Shown here: piece after piece, positions 1 to 13,055 of the stretch
Numbering within the stretch: the stretch's first letter is position 1
How the letters are laid out: every line of letters begins with the position of its first letter
Assembly (NCBI GenBank): GCA_004431415.1
Contig: QPMI01000033.1
Coordinates: 13,545-77,544 of the forward strand
From: Cyanophora paradoxa CCMP329
Taxonomy: Eukaryota; Plantae; Glaucophyta
Length of the DNA: 64,000 nucleotides
Direction of reading: 5' to 3'
Notes under the pieces: generated by a model
Databases searched by the model: none
Told to the model about the DNA's origin: nothing
Seen by the model: the letters and a program-made list of their open reading frames with translations, nothing else
Translations under genes and position numbers: made by a program

Positions 1-49
1 CTCCCGGAGCGCTTCCCGCCCGCGCGCCGTCTGAGCGACGCCTCCGCAG

Positions 50-161
50 CAAGCTCGGCGATTCCAAGTACCTCGCCAATATGGCCTCCGAGAACCGCAG
101 CGGCGCCAGCCCCACCGGCGCCTCGGGCCCCGCCGCGGCCCCCGCCCGCCCCACCCAATGA
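50..161 (+). CDS. Last exon of a gene entering from the left (unknown product)
   Basis: A CTGAG branch-like motif and CCGCAG acceptor at 49 are followed by a GC3-rich frame KLGDSKYLANMASENRSGASPTG...PTQ, with stop at 159-161. Confidence 0.45.
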
Positions 162-636
162 CCCTCCGCATCCCCTTAAGCTTAGTGTGTTTATTAATAG
201 AGAGATACCTCAACATGGGGTTGCAAGTGGGCCGAGCTCCAGGTGGGCAGGCCCAGGAGCTCGCCAGCGCCAGACGCGCGTAGCGCCAAGCATAACGAGC
301 TGTGTAGCGCGAGTAACCCGGCCGGCAACGCTCGGGTGCGTGGCGCCGGCGTGTACATATGCATGTACATGTAAATGTGTGCCCAGGTGTAGTATTCGTG
401 TAGCCCCCCCGCGGGAAGGCCGTCGAGGAAGGCGTCCGGCTGCGAGCGCGCGCGCTTGTCTCAAAGCCTCAAGACAGTGCAATTGCGCATGTCGGATCCC
501 TTGCCGAAGGTCCGCATGAGGGCAAATGGTCGATGGGAAGCACGGCCAGCGCTCGCACTGACGCATTCCGGCAGGTGGAAGGTAGCGCTAGCGGGGCAAA
601 GAGTGAGCCGGACGTGGTGCGGTCGGGCACACGACG

Positions 637-1453
637 ATGGTCGCTCAGCGCGGCTCTGACACGCCGAGACAGGTCATGCAGCAGGCCAACGACGCACAGG
701 AGAGCGTGAATGCGCCGGGAAGGCCAGCTGCCGACGCAGGCCCCAGCTCGGCCGGCGCTCATGCAGTAGACGGCGGCGCGGGCGGTTCAGTCGCAGCCGG
801 TGCGAGCGAGGATGCGCCTGGGTCTGCTGGAGGATCGCCACCTCGGGACGGCGCTCCGCACACATGTTGGAAAGCGTGCGCCGCGCCTTGCACGCCACGC
901 CCTTATCGGACCCAGCTCCCTGCACTTTACGATCCACCGCCGAGTCGCATGCGACCCTTAGCGCTTCGATGGGTCCACATTAGTTCGCCTTTGTCAGCTC
1001 TGGACTCATACGCGCCGTGCAGGTGCCAGCGGAAGAACTCGCCGGAGTACATTTGGCATCATCTGAAGCCCGTCGGCGACGGGAGCTTCGAGTACCAGGC
1101 AACGTGGGAGTGAGCGCCCCCTTCCTGTTGACCCTTGCGCTCGCTCGCTGACTCACGCGCGGCGCCCCGTCCGCAGCTCCTCGCCCCTCTGGTACTTCCG
1201 CACGCAGCACGGGTGGATCTGGAGCCCAGACAGGATAGTCTGGATAGATGCCCCCCAGGTGCCTAGCCCCGGCCGGATCCGGCTGCTTACGCCCCCAACG
1301 ACGCGCGCGATGCAGGTCACAGTAACGGTTGGTTCGTTCAGCGGCCAGAAGCCGGTGCAAGAGAACCAGAACTTCATCGTTTGGCTGGCGATGGTCGATC
1401 CTGTGGCCCCGCCCGCGGCCGGGTCGTCCCAAAGCTCCGGCAGGCCGACATAG
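637..1453 (+). CDS. Spliced hypothetical protein with a Trp-rich C-terminal domain
   Basis: GT-AG introns at ~1110-1177 and ~1259-1315 join EYIWHHLKPVGDGSFEYQATWD|SSPLWYFRTQHGWIWSPDRIVWIDAPQ|VTVTVGSFSGQKPVQENQNFIVWL in frame. The start codon is uncertain. Confidence 0.55.
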
Positions 1454-1514
1454 CTATAGGGAGCAACGCTTTCTGTGTTGCCTGTAAATATTTCACTTGG
1501 CAATGATTTTCTGC

Positions 1515-2777
1515 CTACTCGCAACGAGCACTGCCCGTGTTGCAACTGCGGATGGAGGCTCGCAAGGCGCCGACACGGTGAAGCCGAAATGAACGGCGTA
1601 CCTGCTGCCCGGCGGGCAGCAAAGGACGTCGGACAAGCAGCAGAATTCGGGCTCGGTGCACTGGAGGCTTGAGCCGCAGGAGAACTGCGCATGCAGGGGA
1701 TCTCACTGAGTCAGAATTAGAAATCTTAACCCGACTTCGTGCAGGCATTAGGGCCCGGCGTTTCGCACCGACCCGCGGGATGAGCTTGAAGAGCCAGTCC
1801 CGGGTCTGTCCTGGCTGCTGGAGTCCGACTCACTGCCGCCGCTGCCCTCGCCGCCGCCGCCACCAGAGCCACTGTCACTGCTTGCAACTGAACCGCCGCC
1901 GCCGTCTTCGCTACCGCTGCCCAAGCTAGAGTCTTCGCCGCCGCCCCTGCCACAACGCACATCAGCAGGGGCGCTTTCTATGAAGATTGCGAAAAGTTGG
2001 ACAGGAGGAGCGCACTGGCACTTGGCGTTGCCGGCGTTCAGGACGTTGCAGCTGTAGAGAAAGGCTCGCAACGCGCCGACACGGCGAAACCAAAATGAAC
2101 GGCGTACCTGCTGCCCGGCGGGCAGCAAAGGACGTCGGACAAGCAGCAGAAATCGGGCTCGGTGCACTGGAGGCTTGAGCCGCAGGAGAACTGCGCACGA
2201 TCCAGGAGGTTAGGCGCGCCGCGACATCGTACACCAACATAGGAGCCTGGCAACGTGGCTCGCTCGCTAACGCACCGAGTTTCTCTGCCCGCCAGACGGC
2301 GCTGCAAGCGTCGCCGGCGGAGATATCGTTGCCTGATGCCACGCGAAGCTGTCAGAGTGTGTCCGGATTCATGATCAGAGCCAAGAGCACGACACGCTTC
2401 CGCGAGCTTCCGCAGCGCAGCTTCCGCGGTCGAGCGCGCGGATTCGCGCGGCAGAGGCCGGCGAAGCGCACACGCAAGCGCCAAGACGAGCGCGGTCCCC
2501 TAGCGCTTCGCGCATTTGCGCACCGGCGGGGTCGTGCCCGGCTCGACATCGAGACACAGGGCTTCGCCTCCGCTGCGCTGCACGCACTGCGCGAACTCCG
2601 GACAGCAAACTCCGCCGCTTTCCAAGCAGCAGAAATCAGTCTCGTAGCATGTCGCCGGTCCGCAGCGCGTCGCCTGCTTCTTGTTAAGAAACGAGCGTCG
2701 GGTGCTACTAGAGCATCGCTCACGTTCTGAGCGCACGCGGCACCCGCCAGGAGCGCTAGGACCAGGAGCGACCTCAT
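1515..2777 (-). CDS. Secreted cysteine-rich repeat protein (granulin-like CC-x5/6-CCP repeats)
   Basis: Signal peptide MRSLLVLALLAGAACAQ. Three Cys modules (CGPATCYETDFCCLESGGVCCPEFAQC, and twice FSCGSSLQCTEP(D/E)FCCLSDVLCCPPGSSC) with a Gly/Ser linker between the last two. The last exon ends SCNTGSARCE* at 1515. Confidence 0.65.
1538..2197. repeat. Direct repeat of ~150 bp (about 1538-1691 and 2045-2197): duplicated exon plus intron
   Basis: Both positions carry the near-identical block ...aatgaacggcgtacctgctgcccggcgggcagcaaaggacgtcggacaagcagcagaa...gagccgcaggagaactgcgca. Confidence 0.9.
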
Positions 2778-2811
2778 TCCCTGGGTACCCGTACGAGCAT
2801 TTGAGCTGCAG

Positions 2812-3572
2812 ATGGCGGACCGCAGGAAGGACAAGGAAAAGGCCCGCGTGTATCCGGCATGCAATATGCGCTTAGCTGACCGCTTGAGCAGGCCGCCGCA
2901 GCGTCGTCCGGCAAGGGCGGCGCGGGGGCTCGGGACAGCCCGCGGCCGTCCGAGGAGGGCGCATCCGGTCGCGGGTCGACAAAGGGCAAGGCGCGCTCCT
3001 CCGGAGCAACGCCCGACCCGAGCAGCGCAAGCAAGGGCGGGCGAGCCTCTGTCAACTCCTCGATCACTACAGGTCCGCGCTGCACCGCAGCTAGGCGAGC
3101 GCTCCAGCATTTTTAAGCCGCGAGGGCTTGCAGAGCGGCCGCCCAAGCGCTTGCGGCGGAATGCGCGCGACGAGGAGGACGAGGACGAGGACGTGGACGT
3201 GACAAACGACATCGACGACGAGGAGGGCCCCGGTGCGGACCTCTCTGCGAAGCTTGGTCCGGACGGGAGCGAGCGGCCGCGCAGGGGCGATCCCGGTGGC
3301 GGAAGAGGAAGGGGAGGACGACGAGCTGGCTGCGGTGGGCGCCGGCCGCCCCGGCACGCCACGCCGGCCGCGCGCGCTGAGCGGCGAGGCAGATGAACGA
3401 CGAGGCGGAGGCGGAGGCGGAGGGCGACGAGGACGAGGACGACGACGGGGAGGCGGACAGGGAGTCGGGGCCGACGCCCTCGGTCCCGAAGGCGTCCCCG
3501 GGCGCCGGCGGGGAGGACGAGGAAGGGGACGGGGACGGCGACGAGAAGAGCAGCTCGAAAGATTCGAAGGAT

Positions 3573-3607
<35 letters not shown>

Positions 3608-4606
3608 GGCGAGCGCCCCCGCCGCGCCCTCCCCCGGCCCCGCACCCGCTGACCGCGCCCTGCGACGGCCGCCCCGGACGCTGCGCAGGACGAGATGATA
3701 CGGAAGTCGGCGCGGCAGCGGGGCTACCGGGTCCGCTCCCGGGGCCTCCCCACGCTGGACGACATCGAGCTCCCGAAGCGTGCGCTGCGCCGGCGCCGCC
3801 CCTCGCCCCGCCCACGCCGCCCGCAGGGAAGGGCAGCCGCCCGGAGGTGCGGCTGACGGCGGAGGAGCGCGCGGCGAAGAAGGCGGAGGCGGCGCGGCGG
3901 CGCAAGCTCCACACGCAGCGGGCGCAGGAAGAGGAGAAGGCGCGAGGGCGCCGGCGCTGCGGCCGGCCTGGGCCCGCTGACCGGGGCGGGGGGGCCGGGG
4001 GCAGAGCTCGACGATCCAGAAGATCCTGGAGCGGGACGGGGCGAGGAAGAAGCGGGAGGAGAAGCAGCGCGAGAAGACGGAGGCTGCCAAGGCCGCCGCC
4101 GTGCGCCCCGCCCCGCCCTACTGCGCTTCCGCCGTCTGCTTTGACGCGTCTCCGCCCGCTGGCAGGCCCCCTCGAAGCCGCCACCGCTGCGCTACGTCGA
4201 CAGCTCCAAGGCGCCCGTCGCGTACCTCGCCGTCAGCGACGAGGAGCCGTACCCCCCGCCGCCCCTTGGCGCCCTCGCCCGCCCGTGCGGCCCTGCTCTC
4301 CTCTGTTCTTGCCCTGCCCCGCGCGCGCTGGGCTTACGGCGGCGGGCAGGGAGGCACCGAAGCGGGACATCTGCGGGGCGCCGGGGTGCAAGGAGCCGCG
4401 GCTGTACGCCTGCTCGGAGACCGGCATCTCCCTCTGTAGCCTCAAGTGCTACAAGGGGCTGCGGCAGGTGCCAGCCTTTGAAGCGGCCGGCCACCGGTAC
4501 CCGCGCTGATCGACGCGGGCAGGACGCGAGCTTTCCGCGGCTGAAGAAGCTGTACGCGATGGAGCGGGAGGAGAGCAGGGCTGGCCCCGAGGCCGCCGCC
4601 GGCTGA
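2812..4606 (+). CDS. INO80B: INO80 complex subunit B (Ies2/PAPA-1 domain plus C-terminal zf-HIT), multi-exon
   Basis: Acidic N-terminal region; PAPA-1-type segment LTAEERAAKKAEAARRRKLHTQRAQEEEK..TIQKILER..LRYVDS; zf-HIT CGAPGCKEPRLYACSETGISLCSLKCYK. Confidence 0.85.
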
Positions 4607-4813
4607 TGCCGGAGGGCTCGCGCCCCTCCGCGTTCGTTCCGTCCATTGACGTGTATTCGATAGTTCATTACTGTTAATAGAGAGGCCTACGGGCCTAGCA
4701 CTAGGATTAGGATACCGCTATGGAAATAGTAGCAAAAAGCCGCCTCAAGGGAAGCGAAGACGCGCGCGCGGGGACTCGAAGAAGCATGAGCGGGGCGCAG
4801 GGCGATGCGGGGG

Positions 4814-6596
4814 CTAGTGCAGGAGGAGGCGGCTGGCGCGGAGCTGCATGGCGACCTTGGCGAGCTTCGGGGCGCTCGGCTTCTCGCCGGCCTCGCCAGC
4901 GCCCTGGTCCTCCTCGCCGCCCTCGGGGGCGACGCCGCGGACGAGGGGCGCGTCGGGGTCGTAGCCCGGGGGCAGGGGCCCGACGATGCGCTCGTCGCCG
5001 AGGAAGAGGCGGATGTCCTCCTCCACGCCGGCCGCCAGCGAGAGCAGCGGCAGCTTGTTGTCGTCTGCCCCGCCCCCGCGCCCCTCGCCGGCGCCCGAGC
5101 AAGGCGAGGTGAAGGAGAGGGGGTGCCCGCACCGATGCCGAAGGGCTCCTCGAGCTCCCACGAGAGGTTCTTGAGGCCGTAGAACACGAAGGTGAAGATG
5201 CCCCTGCCCGCATTCAGAGGAGGCGGCGGGGGAGGGGCGAATGGGGGTACATGATGAGGGGCAGCTGCCAGCGGGTCTTGGTGACGGTGCCGAGGAGGGG
5301 CAGGAAGGCGGGGGGTAGGAAGATAAAGTAGAGGAGGAGGGCCACCTGCAGCATTTGCCTGCCCGCACCCCAGGCGTCGGGGCGGGGCGGGGCGGGGCGC
5401 GGGGCGCGTACACGTAGGGGAAGGGTACAGGGGTGAAGAGGATGCGGTGGAGGAGGTGGAAGTCCTGCAGGAGCATGGAGACCTGCAGGTTTGGGCGGGG
5501 CGGTGCGGGGCGGGGTCAGGGGCGGCGGGCGGGAGCGCCGCGGGAGGGCGAAGGGGCGCGCCTTCGGATCGATGACGCGGATGTGCACGCGGCTCAGGTA
5601 CCCCGCCTGCAAGAAGGCGGAGAGGGTGAGCGCCCCGGGCGGGCGGCGCGGGTCGGGCCCCGTCCCGGCTCTCGGGCGCACCCGCTCCAGTCCGGTGATC
5701 TCGTTCCGCAGCCATAGTGCGAGGTGCACTGGCTTGAGGCCGGGAAGGCCCTGCGGAGTCGCGCCGCGGGAGGCGTCAGGGCCGGGCGGGGGCGGGGCGG
5801 GCGGGGCGCGCCTTGAGCTTGTTAATCTCGCTCTCGGTGAGCCACGGCTCCAAAAAGGAATAGTCCTCTATCACGCCGTGCGTCTGGAGATAGTGTGCGA
5901 CTAGCGCGACGTACGCGCCGACGAAGCGCATCTGCCGCGCGGTGAGGAGAAAGAAGGCGCGGCTTCGCTGGCCGCCCAGGGCGCGCAGGACGCACCACTT
6001 GGTTTCGCACGCGCGCCACCTCGGCGCCCGACCTGTCGATGTACGACGCGAGCTGGAGGCCAATGTCCCTGCAGTTTGTGGCCAGCGAGCTGAAGATTGA
6101 CCGCGCATCCCTGCGGGAACACTCGGCGTGCGTGACGGGCGGGCGGGCGAGCGGGAGCGGTGCTCACCAGTAGCGTGCGTAGGCAACTTGTGCGCGGAAC
6201 ACGAGCAGGAAACCGAGAGCTACGGCAGCCATCGAGTGCATCGTCGTGGGGATGCTGGGGGCGCGGCGCGTGAGCCGTAAGTTCGCGCGTCAACAGCGAT
6301 ATGGCTGCAGCACTGGACGCGCTATTCTGCAGGGCGGGCAGGCGAGCGCGAACCCGATGCCATCTTCGATGCTCTCGCTCCTCGAGGTCGTCCCAACAAT
6401 CGCCACAAGAGCGCCCCTGGTGGCAACGTGAGTTAACTCTGCGCGCTGTGCAGGCAGACTGCTTGTGTCGAGCAGGATCAGGGCACCAGGCGGTGAAGAG
6501 GATGATGTCAACATAGATAGACCGGTAGACGGACCCCTTCCAAGCAAAGAAGAGAAAAAACGTGTGCTTCCAGTTGTCTTGCTTGTATATGATCAT
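4814..6596 (-). CDS. Bestrophin family anion channel (bacterial/plant UPF0187-YneE/VCCN type), multi-exon
   Basis: Motifs WKGSVYRSI, ALGFLLVFRAQVAYARYW, RILFTPVPFPY and GLKNLSWELEEPFG(I)DDNKLPL. Confidence 0.9.
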
Positions 6597-6922
6597 TCTC
6601 AGGGCGCAGCTAGCTAACTGGTGCGAGACTCATTCACGGCACGACCCCGCGGTCAGTAGCCGGTAGCTGCAGCCTAGACTAGCTATAGCGAGACGGATTG
6701 CTCTGCAGCAGCGGCAAGCTTAAGCTTGTGCGTCACACGCGAGCGGATTTCGAGGGGTCGACCGTCGATGTTTGGGAGGGGTACGTTGAGAGAGCAGGGC
6801 ATGCAGCTGCAGTGGGCTAGCGGGGCGGCGACGCCAGACAGCTGCAGGCAGGTGTGAAGGCGCTGTGCAAGCATGCGCAGGTCTAAATGCAATGACAGTA
6901 CGGTTCGAGTTCGGGTCTATAG

Positions 6923-9900
6923 CTATAGCTCGCGTTGGACCGCGGCCACGGCCGGGGCGTACGCGTCCATGTCGAGAGCCGGCAGTGGCGGCTGGGCGCG
7001 AAGCGCGAGCACCGCGGCAGCAGCGCCGAGCGCGTCGGCGAGCTCGGGGGCGCGCGCCGGTTTCTGCGCGCGAAGCGATCGAGAACGATACGGTTGCGTG
7101 CCGGCGGGCCGGGGACGCGACGCACTGCGAGGAAGGCGTCGAACCCCGCCGCGGCGCACTCCTGCCGGTCGTGTGCGCCCACGTTGGCGGAGAGGGCGAT
7201 CGAGTAGGGCACGCGGCCCGGGGGCAGCTCGGCCCGCATCCGCCGCGCCAGCTCCAGGCCGTCCAGGCCCGGCACTGCGTTGGGGTACGCGCGGTTACGC
7301 GCGGGGGTACATAGAGCTGAAGCGCCGGGCGGGGCGCGCACTCATGATGTCGGAGAGGAGGAGGTCGAAGGGCTCGCCGCGGGCCTCGGCCGCCCGCGCC
7401 GCCTCCAGCGCCTCCCGCCCGTCCCCCGCGTGCACGACCCGCCCGTAGCCCAGCTTCCGCAGCTGCACCATCACGATCTTCGCGTTCGTCTGCGCGTCCC
7501 CCGGCGGATTCAGCTCGCGTTTGAGAAGGGAAAATCAGTCTTCCGGAGGGAGGATGGGCGCGCCGGCGTGTCCTCCGCAAAGAGGATGCGCATCCCGCCC
7601 CCTTCGCTCCCGCGGGGCGCAGAGGGTGCGGCGGCTGGTGCCGCGGCCGGAGGCGGGGGCTGGGGCGGGGGAGGGGCCGGGGCGGGCGCGGGGTCGGCGG
7701 CGCGGAGGCCGCTCAGCAGCGCGTCATGGAGGGCGCGCTCGGAGAGGGGCAGGCGGGGGCGAGGACCCGGGGCCGCCCCACGCGGCGGCCGCCCCTCCAG
7801 GGGGAGCGCCGGCCGGGGCAGCACGAGCACGGGGCCGCCACCGCCTCCGCCGCCGCCGCCGCCGCCGGGCGCGCTCATGGCGGCCAAGAGCCGATCGGCC
7901 TGCGCATGCGACGAGAGCCAGAAGTCAAGAAGGGCCAAACAGGGCCGGCGGGGCACGCGCACGAGGGCGGGGAGCTCCGCCGGGGGCACGCAGGAGGGCA
8001 TGAAGAGGACGCAGGCGGCGAGCGGGGGCCCGCCGTCCGCCGCCTCGCGCGCCGCCCCCGCGGTGACGCGCAGGGCCTGCTCCGGCGTGCCGGCGCGGAC
8101 GACGCGGGCGCCCCAGCGCGCCGCGTCCTCTCCCGCCGTCTCGAGCCAGGCCGCCTCGTCCGACGCCAGCACTAACGCCGCCCCGCGCAGCGCCGCGTGT
8201 CCCTGCGCGCGCCCGCGCTGGTGAGAAGGCTTCGCGCGTCGCGCTGGGAAGCCGGACCTCGGCGAGGCAGGCGGCGCGGAGGGCGGGGAGCGCGGCGTCG
8301 CCCTCGGGCAGCGCCGCGGCTCGGAAGGTGAAGGCGAAGGTGGAGCCCGTCCCCGGCGTCGACACCACCTTGGCGGGGAATGAGAAGGGGGAGGTGAGTG
8401 GGGCGGGGGCGGGGGCGGGGGCGGGGCGCCTGGATGTCCCCCTCGAGGGCCCGCGCGATCTGGAGGCTGATGTAGAGCCCCAGGCCCGTCCCTGCCCCGC
8501 CCCGCCCCCTCAGCCCGGCGCAGCGAGAGGGCTGGAGTCGAAGGGGCGAGCCCTGGTGGCGGCGGGACTTGGAGGAGTCGAGCTGCGTGAAGAAGTGGAA
8601 GAGGCGCCGCTGGTCCGCCGCGGAGATCCCGCACCCGGAGTCTGCGCGCCGGCACCTCGGCGCCGGCGGGCGGGAGAGCGCGGGGATGCGGGCGCACCGG
8701 TGACGCAGATGCGGAAGGCTGTCTTGCCGTCGGGCCCCGGGGCGGCGGCCGCCTCGACCTCCACGCAGACCCGCCCCCGCTCCGAGAACTTCACCGAGTC
8801 TGCGGCTCTGTGAGGCGCCGGCGCGGGGGGGGTGCCGGCGCCGGAGGAGCGTGCACTGCCGATGAGGTTGACCATGACCTGCGCAGCGGCCGGAAGCGAG
8901 GCGCTCAGTGGCGGGAAGGAAGCGTGCCGCACGAGTCGTGCGGGCGGGTAGGAGGGGACCTGGCGGATGCGGCCGCGGTCGGAGGCGAGGAAGCGGGGCA
9001 CGGCCCCGCGGAAGACGAGCTGCAGGGCGATCTCCTTCTGCGCCGCAACCTGCCCCGGCCCCGCCCCGCCCGAGCCTCAGGCGCCGCCCCGAGGGGCGGC
9101 GAGGTCTGCTCGGGCGCACGGGCCAGAGCATGTCGAGGGCGGCCTCGGCGCAGGCGCGGAGGTCGCAGGGGGCGGCGTCCACGCGGATCTGTCCGCCCCG
9201 CTCCAGCGCGCTCGCCTCGAGGACCTCGCCCACTAGGTCCAGGAGCCTGCAGCGGGGCCGGCTCGGCTCAGCGGGGCGGGGCGCGGGAAACCGGCTTCCG
9301 CTGGCGGGCGGCGGGCGGGCGGACGCTTGGGCGGAGACGCGGATGAGGTCGATGTACTCGCGCTGCTGCGGCCGCGGCGCGTCGTCGAGCAGCAGGTCGG
9401 TGACCCCGACCACCGCCTGCATCGGCGTCCTGCCCCGCGCCCCCTCGCTCCCGCAGCCTTGCGCCCCGGGGCCGGGCGCACCTGAGCTCGTGGGTGATGA
9501 CGGAGAGGAAGTCGGCCTTGGCGCGGGCGGCCTGGCGGGCCCGCTGGAGGAGCCCCGCGTGCGCCAGCGCCACGCCCACCGTCTGCGCGCGAGCTCAGCG
9601 GCGGCAGCGTCTCGGCGCTCGCCCGGGGGCGGCCGGCGCGCGCGCCTCGCAGACGTCGTCGAAGAACTGCAGGTCCTCGCCGCGCAGCTCCCGCCCCGGC
9701 TCCCGCCAGAGCAGGGCCACGACGCCGTTGACGCGCCCGCCGCCCCGCGAGGCGCGCAGCACGCCCGAGCGCACGCCGGCGCGCCTCAAGCACGCCACGA
9801 CCTCCGGGTCCGCCGCGCCGCCCGTGCCCGGCAGGGCCTCCTCCCCCGCCCACGCCTGCGCCGCGTGCAGGTCGCTCACCGCGAACGCCCGCTCGCCGCC

Positions 9901-12547
9901 ACTGCGGAGGACGGCCTGTGGGATCTTCAGCGAGGGCGAAAGCGAGCGGGCCGGCGCTTGCGTGCCTGTATGCGGGGGCCGAGGGCGGCGAGGAAGCCGG
10001 GCCCGTACGCGGGAGCGAAGTCGGCACCGGGGCCGCCGTCGCCGTCGCCGTCGCCGTGGGCAACAGCGTGGGGCGGGGGCGGAGCTCCGCGGACCCCGTC
10101 GGCGTCGCGGGTCGAGCGCGTGTACTTGACGTACTCGACCTCGTCCTTGTCCTGCCGGCCGCGCGCCGCCTCAGCCGCGGGAGCGAGACGAGAGCGTGCG
10201 GCAGGGCCCCCGCGCGCCTTCCCCGTCCAGTCAACCATGCAGATGTCGGTGCTGTCGGCCTGGAACGCCTCCCGCAGGCGCCGGGCCGTCGACTCCACCA
10301 CGCTGCGCCGCGATCAGAGGCGGCCGCGCGCCGCCGCGCAGAGGCGCGCGCGCGCACCTCTGCGGCTCCAGCGTGTTCCGGATCTCCTTGGTGATGGACA
10401 TGAGGAGCTCGGCGCGGACCAGCTGGAGCCGGCGAGCTCGACGTCGGGGTGCGGCGGGTCGGCGGGGGCGGCGGGGGCGGCGCACGGCGCGCTCGAGGCT
10501 CTCGTTCTTGAGGCGGAGGCTCTCGAGGAGGGCGTCCTGGCCGACGGCGTGGCCCACCTGGTCGGTGACGGCCTGCGGGCAGGCAGTCGGTGAGCGATCG
10601 AGCGTGGGGCCAGCTGGCAGCCGCGGGCACGAGCGGATCGGACCTGGAAGGTGGCGACCTCGTGCGCGCTGAACTCGCGCTCGCGGTTCCAGCAGACAGC
10701 GATGTAGCCGATGACCTGCCCCGCGCGCTCGCTCTCAGCGAACCGGCGTCGGCTGGAGCTTCGCGCAGATCGCGCGCCTTGCTGTCCCACTCCATCGGCT
10801 GGACGATGATCGCCTTGATCTCGCGCTGGATTAGCGACTCGCGCAGCTGGGCGAAGGACGCCTGCGGGAGCCGTGAGGGCGTGGGACGGGCGGTCGCGGG
10901 GTGGGGTCGGGGCGGGCGCGCGTCGTGCTCGTCGGCCGCGGGGCCGCCCTCGTCCAAATCCGGGATCCAGCGCATCCAGCGCGCCTCGGCGCGCGCCGCA
11001 CACGGGCCAGCGAAGAGCCTCTGGAGCGCAATCTCAGCGCCGATCGCAAGGAGTCGCGAGAAGAGAGCCGGGGGCGCACGGAGAGGCGGTAGCGGCAGCC
11101 CGGGATGGCCACGAGCTCCCGCCCCAGCGTCTCGTAGAGGCCGCGGTCCTTCTGGTACCGGAACTGCGCGGGGGAACTCTCAGCGGTGAACGGCGGCAGC
11201 GTCGCAGCGCAGGGAGAGGGCCGACGAAGAGCTCGCGCTCGGAGCCGAGGAGGCTGAAGGGGGCGGCGCCCTGCTCGCCCGGGGCGCGCTTCAGCGCAGA
11301 GACGAGCACGCTGTCGCAGTCGAAGAGCCGCTGGATGTCGCCGATGGTGGCGCGGAGGACGTCTTTGAGGTTCAGCTGCGTCCGGATGCTGCTCGCAATG
11401 CCCCGCAGCAGCGCCTGCCGAGCCCGTGAGGCCCAGCGCTGCCAGGAGCGCGGCGAGCCGTCCGCGGCACCTCCACCTGCAGCCTGCGCTCCAGCGCCAC
11501 TGTCTTCTCCACGTGCTGGGAGCGCGGCAGACGAAGAGTAAAAACCCGGGGCAGGCCGCCGGCGATCGCGAGGAGGGGGCGGCGCGATCGCGAGCACCTC
11601 GACGCGCAGCTGCTCGCTCCTGGCCTCGAGCTCTCGGAGCAGCTCGAGGTTCCTGGCGATGGAAGAGGCGGGGCCAGCGCGCTCGCCGGCCTCGCCCTGC
11701 GGCCGCCGCGGGCGGGACTCAGCCCGTGCCGGCGCGGCGGACCGTGGGGCGCCCCCAAGGGCGCTCCGAGGGAAGCGGCGCCGAGCTTTAACCTCACCTG
11801 CAACTCTTGCAGCTGCGCGTGCCGTCAACGCGGCACGAAACTTCATCCGGGGAGGGAAAAGAGCACGCACCGCGGTGCGCAGCTGCTCGTTCTTCGACCT
11901 CAACTCGAGGCAGAGAGACAGCTCGCGGTCCGGATCAGACGGGGTATCGTCAAGCAAGGGGCTTGGGACTGGCTCCGCCTCGCCGCATGACGCCCCCGCG
12001 TCGCCCCCCATCGCATCCTCGATCGCCAGGCATACTCCCACTTCCCCACGAGTTGGTTAGACGGGGCCAAAGAGAACGAAGGGCAGAAGAACGGACTGCA
12101 TTCAGCGAAGGTGTCGAGAAGGACGAAGTCGTCCACTGAGAACAGCTGCCCCTCGGAGGTGTGCACAGCCAGGTACGCCTGCACCTGCGTTCACGGTTCG
12201 GGCCGGGCACGAGGCCGGCCACACCACCAGCGCGGGCCAGGGCGCGGCGCTCGGCGGCGCGCACGGAACCGAAGGCCGCGCACGCGCGCCAGACGCAAGA
12301 GGCGGCCTGGAACTCGTTGAGGATCACCTGGGCGCGCTCCGCGGGCACGCCGCGGGCCAAGAGCGCAGCGGGCGTGTCGGGCGACGCGACGGACGCTGGT
12401 CGTTTGCAAGCTGATGGAGCGGCGCCGAGACCGAGCGCAAGCTCGAACAATTCTGCAGGATATTCTGCACTGCAGGGGCCCGTCGACATCGGGCGCATTA
12501 CGCAGATCGACAGAGCAAGGAGCAAGCGCACTCGTACGGAATTCCAT
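6923..12547 (-). CDS. Soluble hybrid sensor histidine kinase: (partial GAF)-GAF-GAF-HisKA-HATPase-(degenerate REC)-REC, multi-exon
   Basis: GAF starts IASSIRTQLNLKDVLRATI and ITKEIRNTLEPQ; H-box AKADFLSVITHELRTPMQAVVG; G1/G2 boxes DSGCGI..LFHFFTQLD..GTGLGLYIS..GSTF; REC RILFAED..DLLLSDIMM..GLDGLEL..IALSANV..GFDAFLAKP. Confidence 0.9.
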
Positions 12548-13055
12548 GAATATGATCCAATGTGTCCACGTCCGCAGCGCCTTCCCGGAAGGAGGAAGAC
12601 GCGGAAAGAAGAAAGATGCGGGCGCCGAGCTGATCGCCGAGGACGCGGGTCGCACGCACCAGCTTCGATCTGCGAGCTCTTCGTCAGAGTTTGGAAGGTT
12701 GCTCGAGCGAGCTAGTGCGCGCGAAGCTTGCAACTGCATCTGCTTGGCGCGGTGCGCGGTCTAGGAAGCTGCGGGGGACAGACCGAATGCTGCTGGGTGC
12801 GCGCGGATCCTCATTGATGCTCGGAGATCGTTTTACACCGCTGGGCGCGGAACTGCTGTCCTGCGCGAGGCCCAGTGCGCTGCAGGCCAGCGCGAGCGCC
12901 ACGCGCCGCTTCGTCATTTGATGAGGCGAGGAGCGCTGGATACAAGCGGCTGGAGAAGCCTTCAGACACCTCGAAACGTGTTTTGACGAGGGTACGCGAC
13001 GCGCGTGGGGGTACGAGTTCGCAGCGGGATCTACACGGCGCCGGCAGCTGGCGAG

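Noticed and set aside
12684-12917. Signal-peptide-like MTKRRVALALACSALGLAQ on the minus strand
   Set aside because: Short, between divergent genes, and overlapping probable 5' exons of the SEY1-like gene; no further support.
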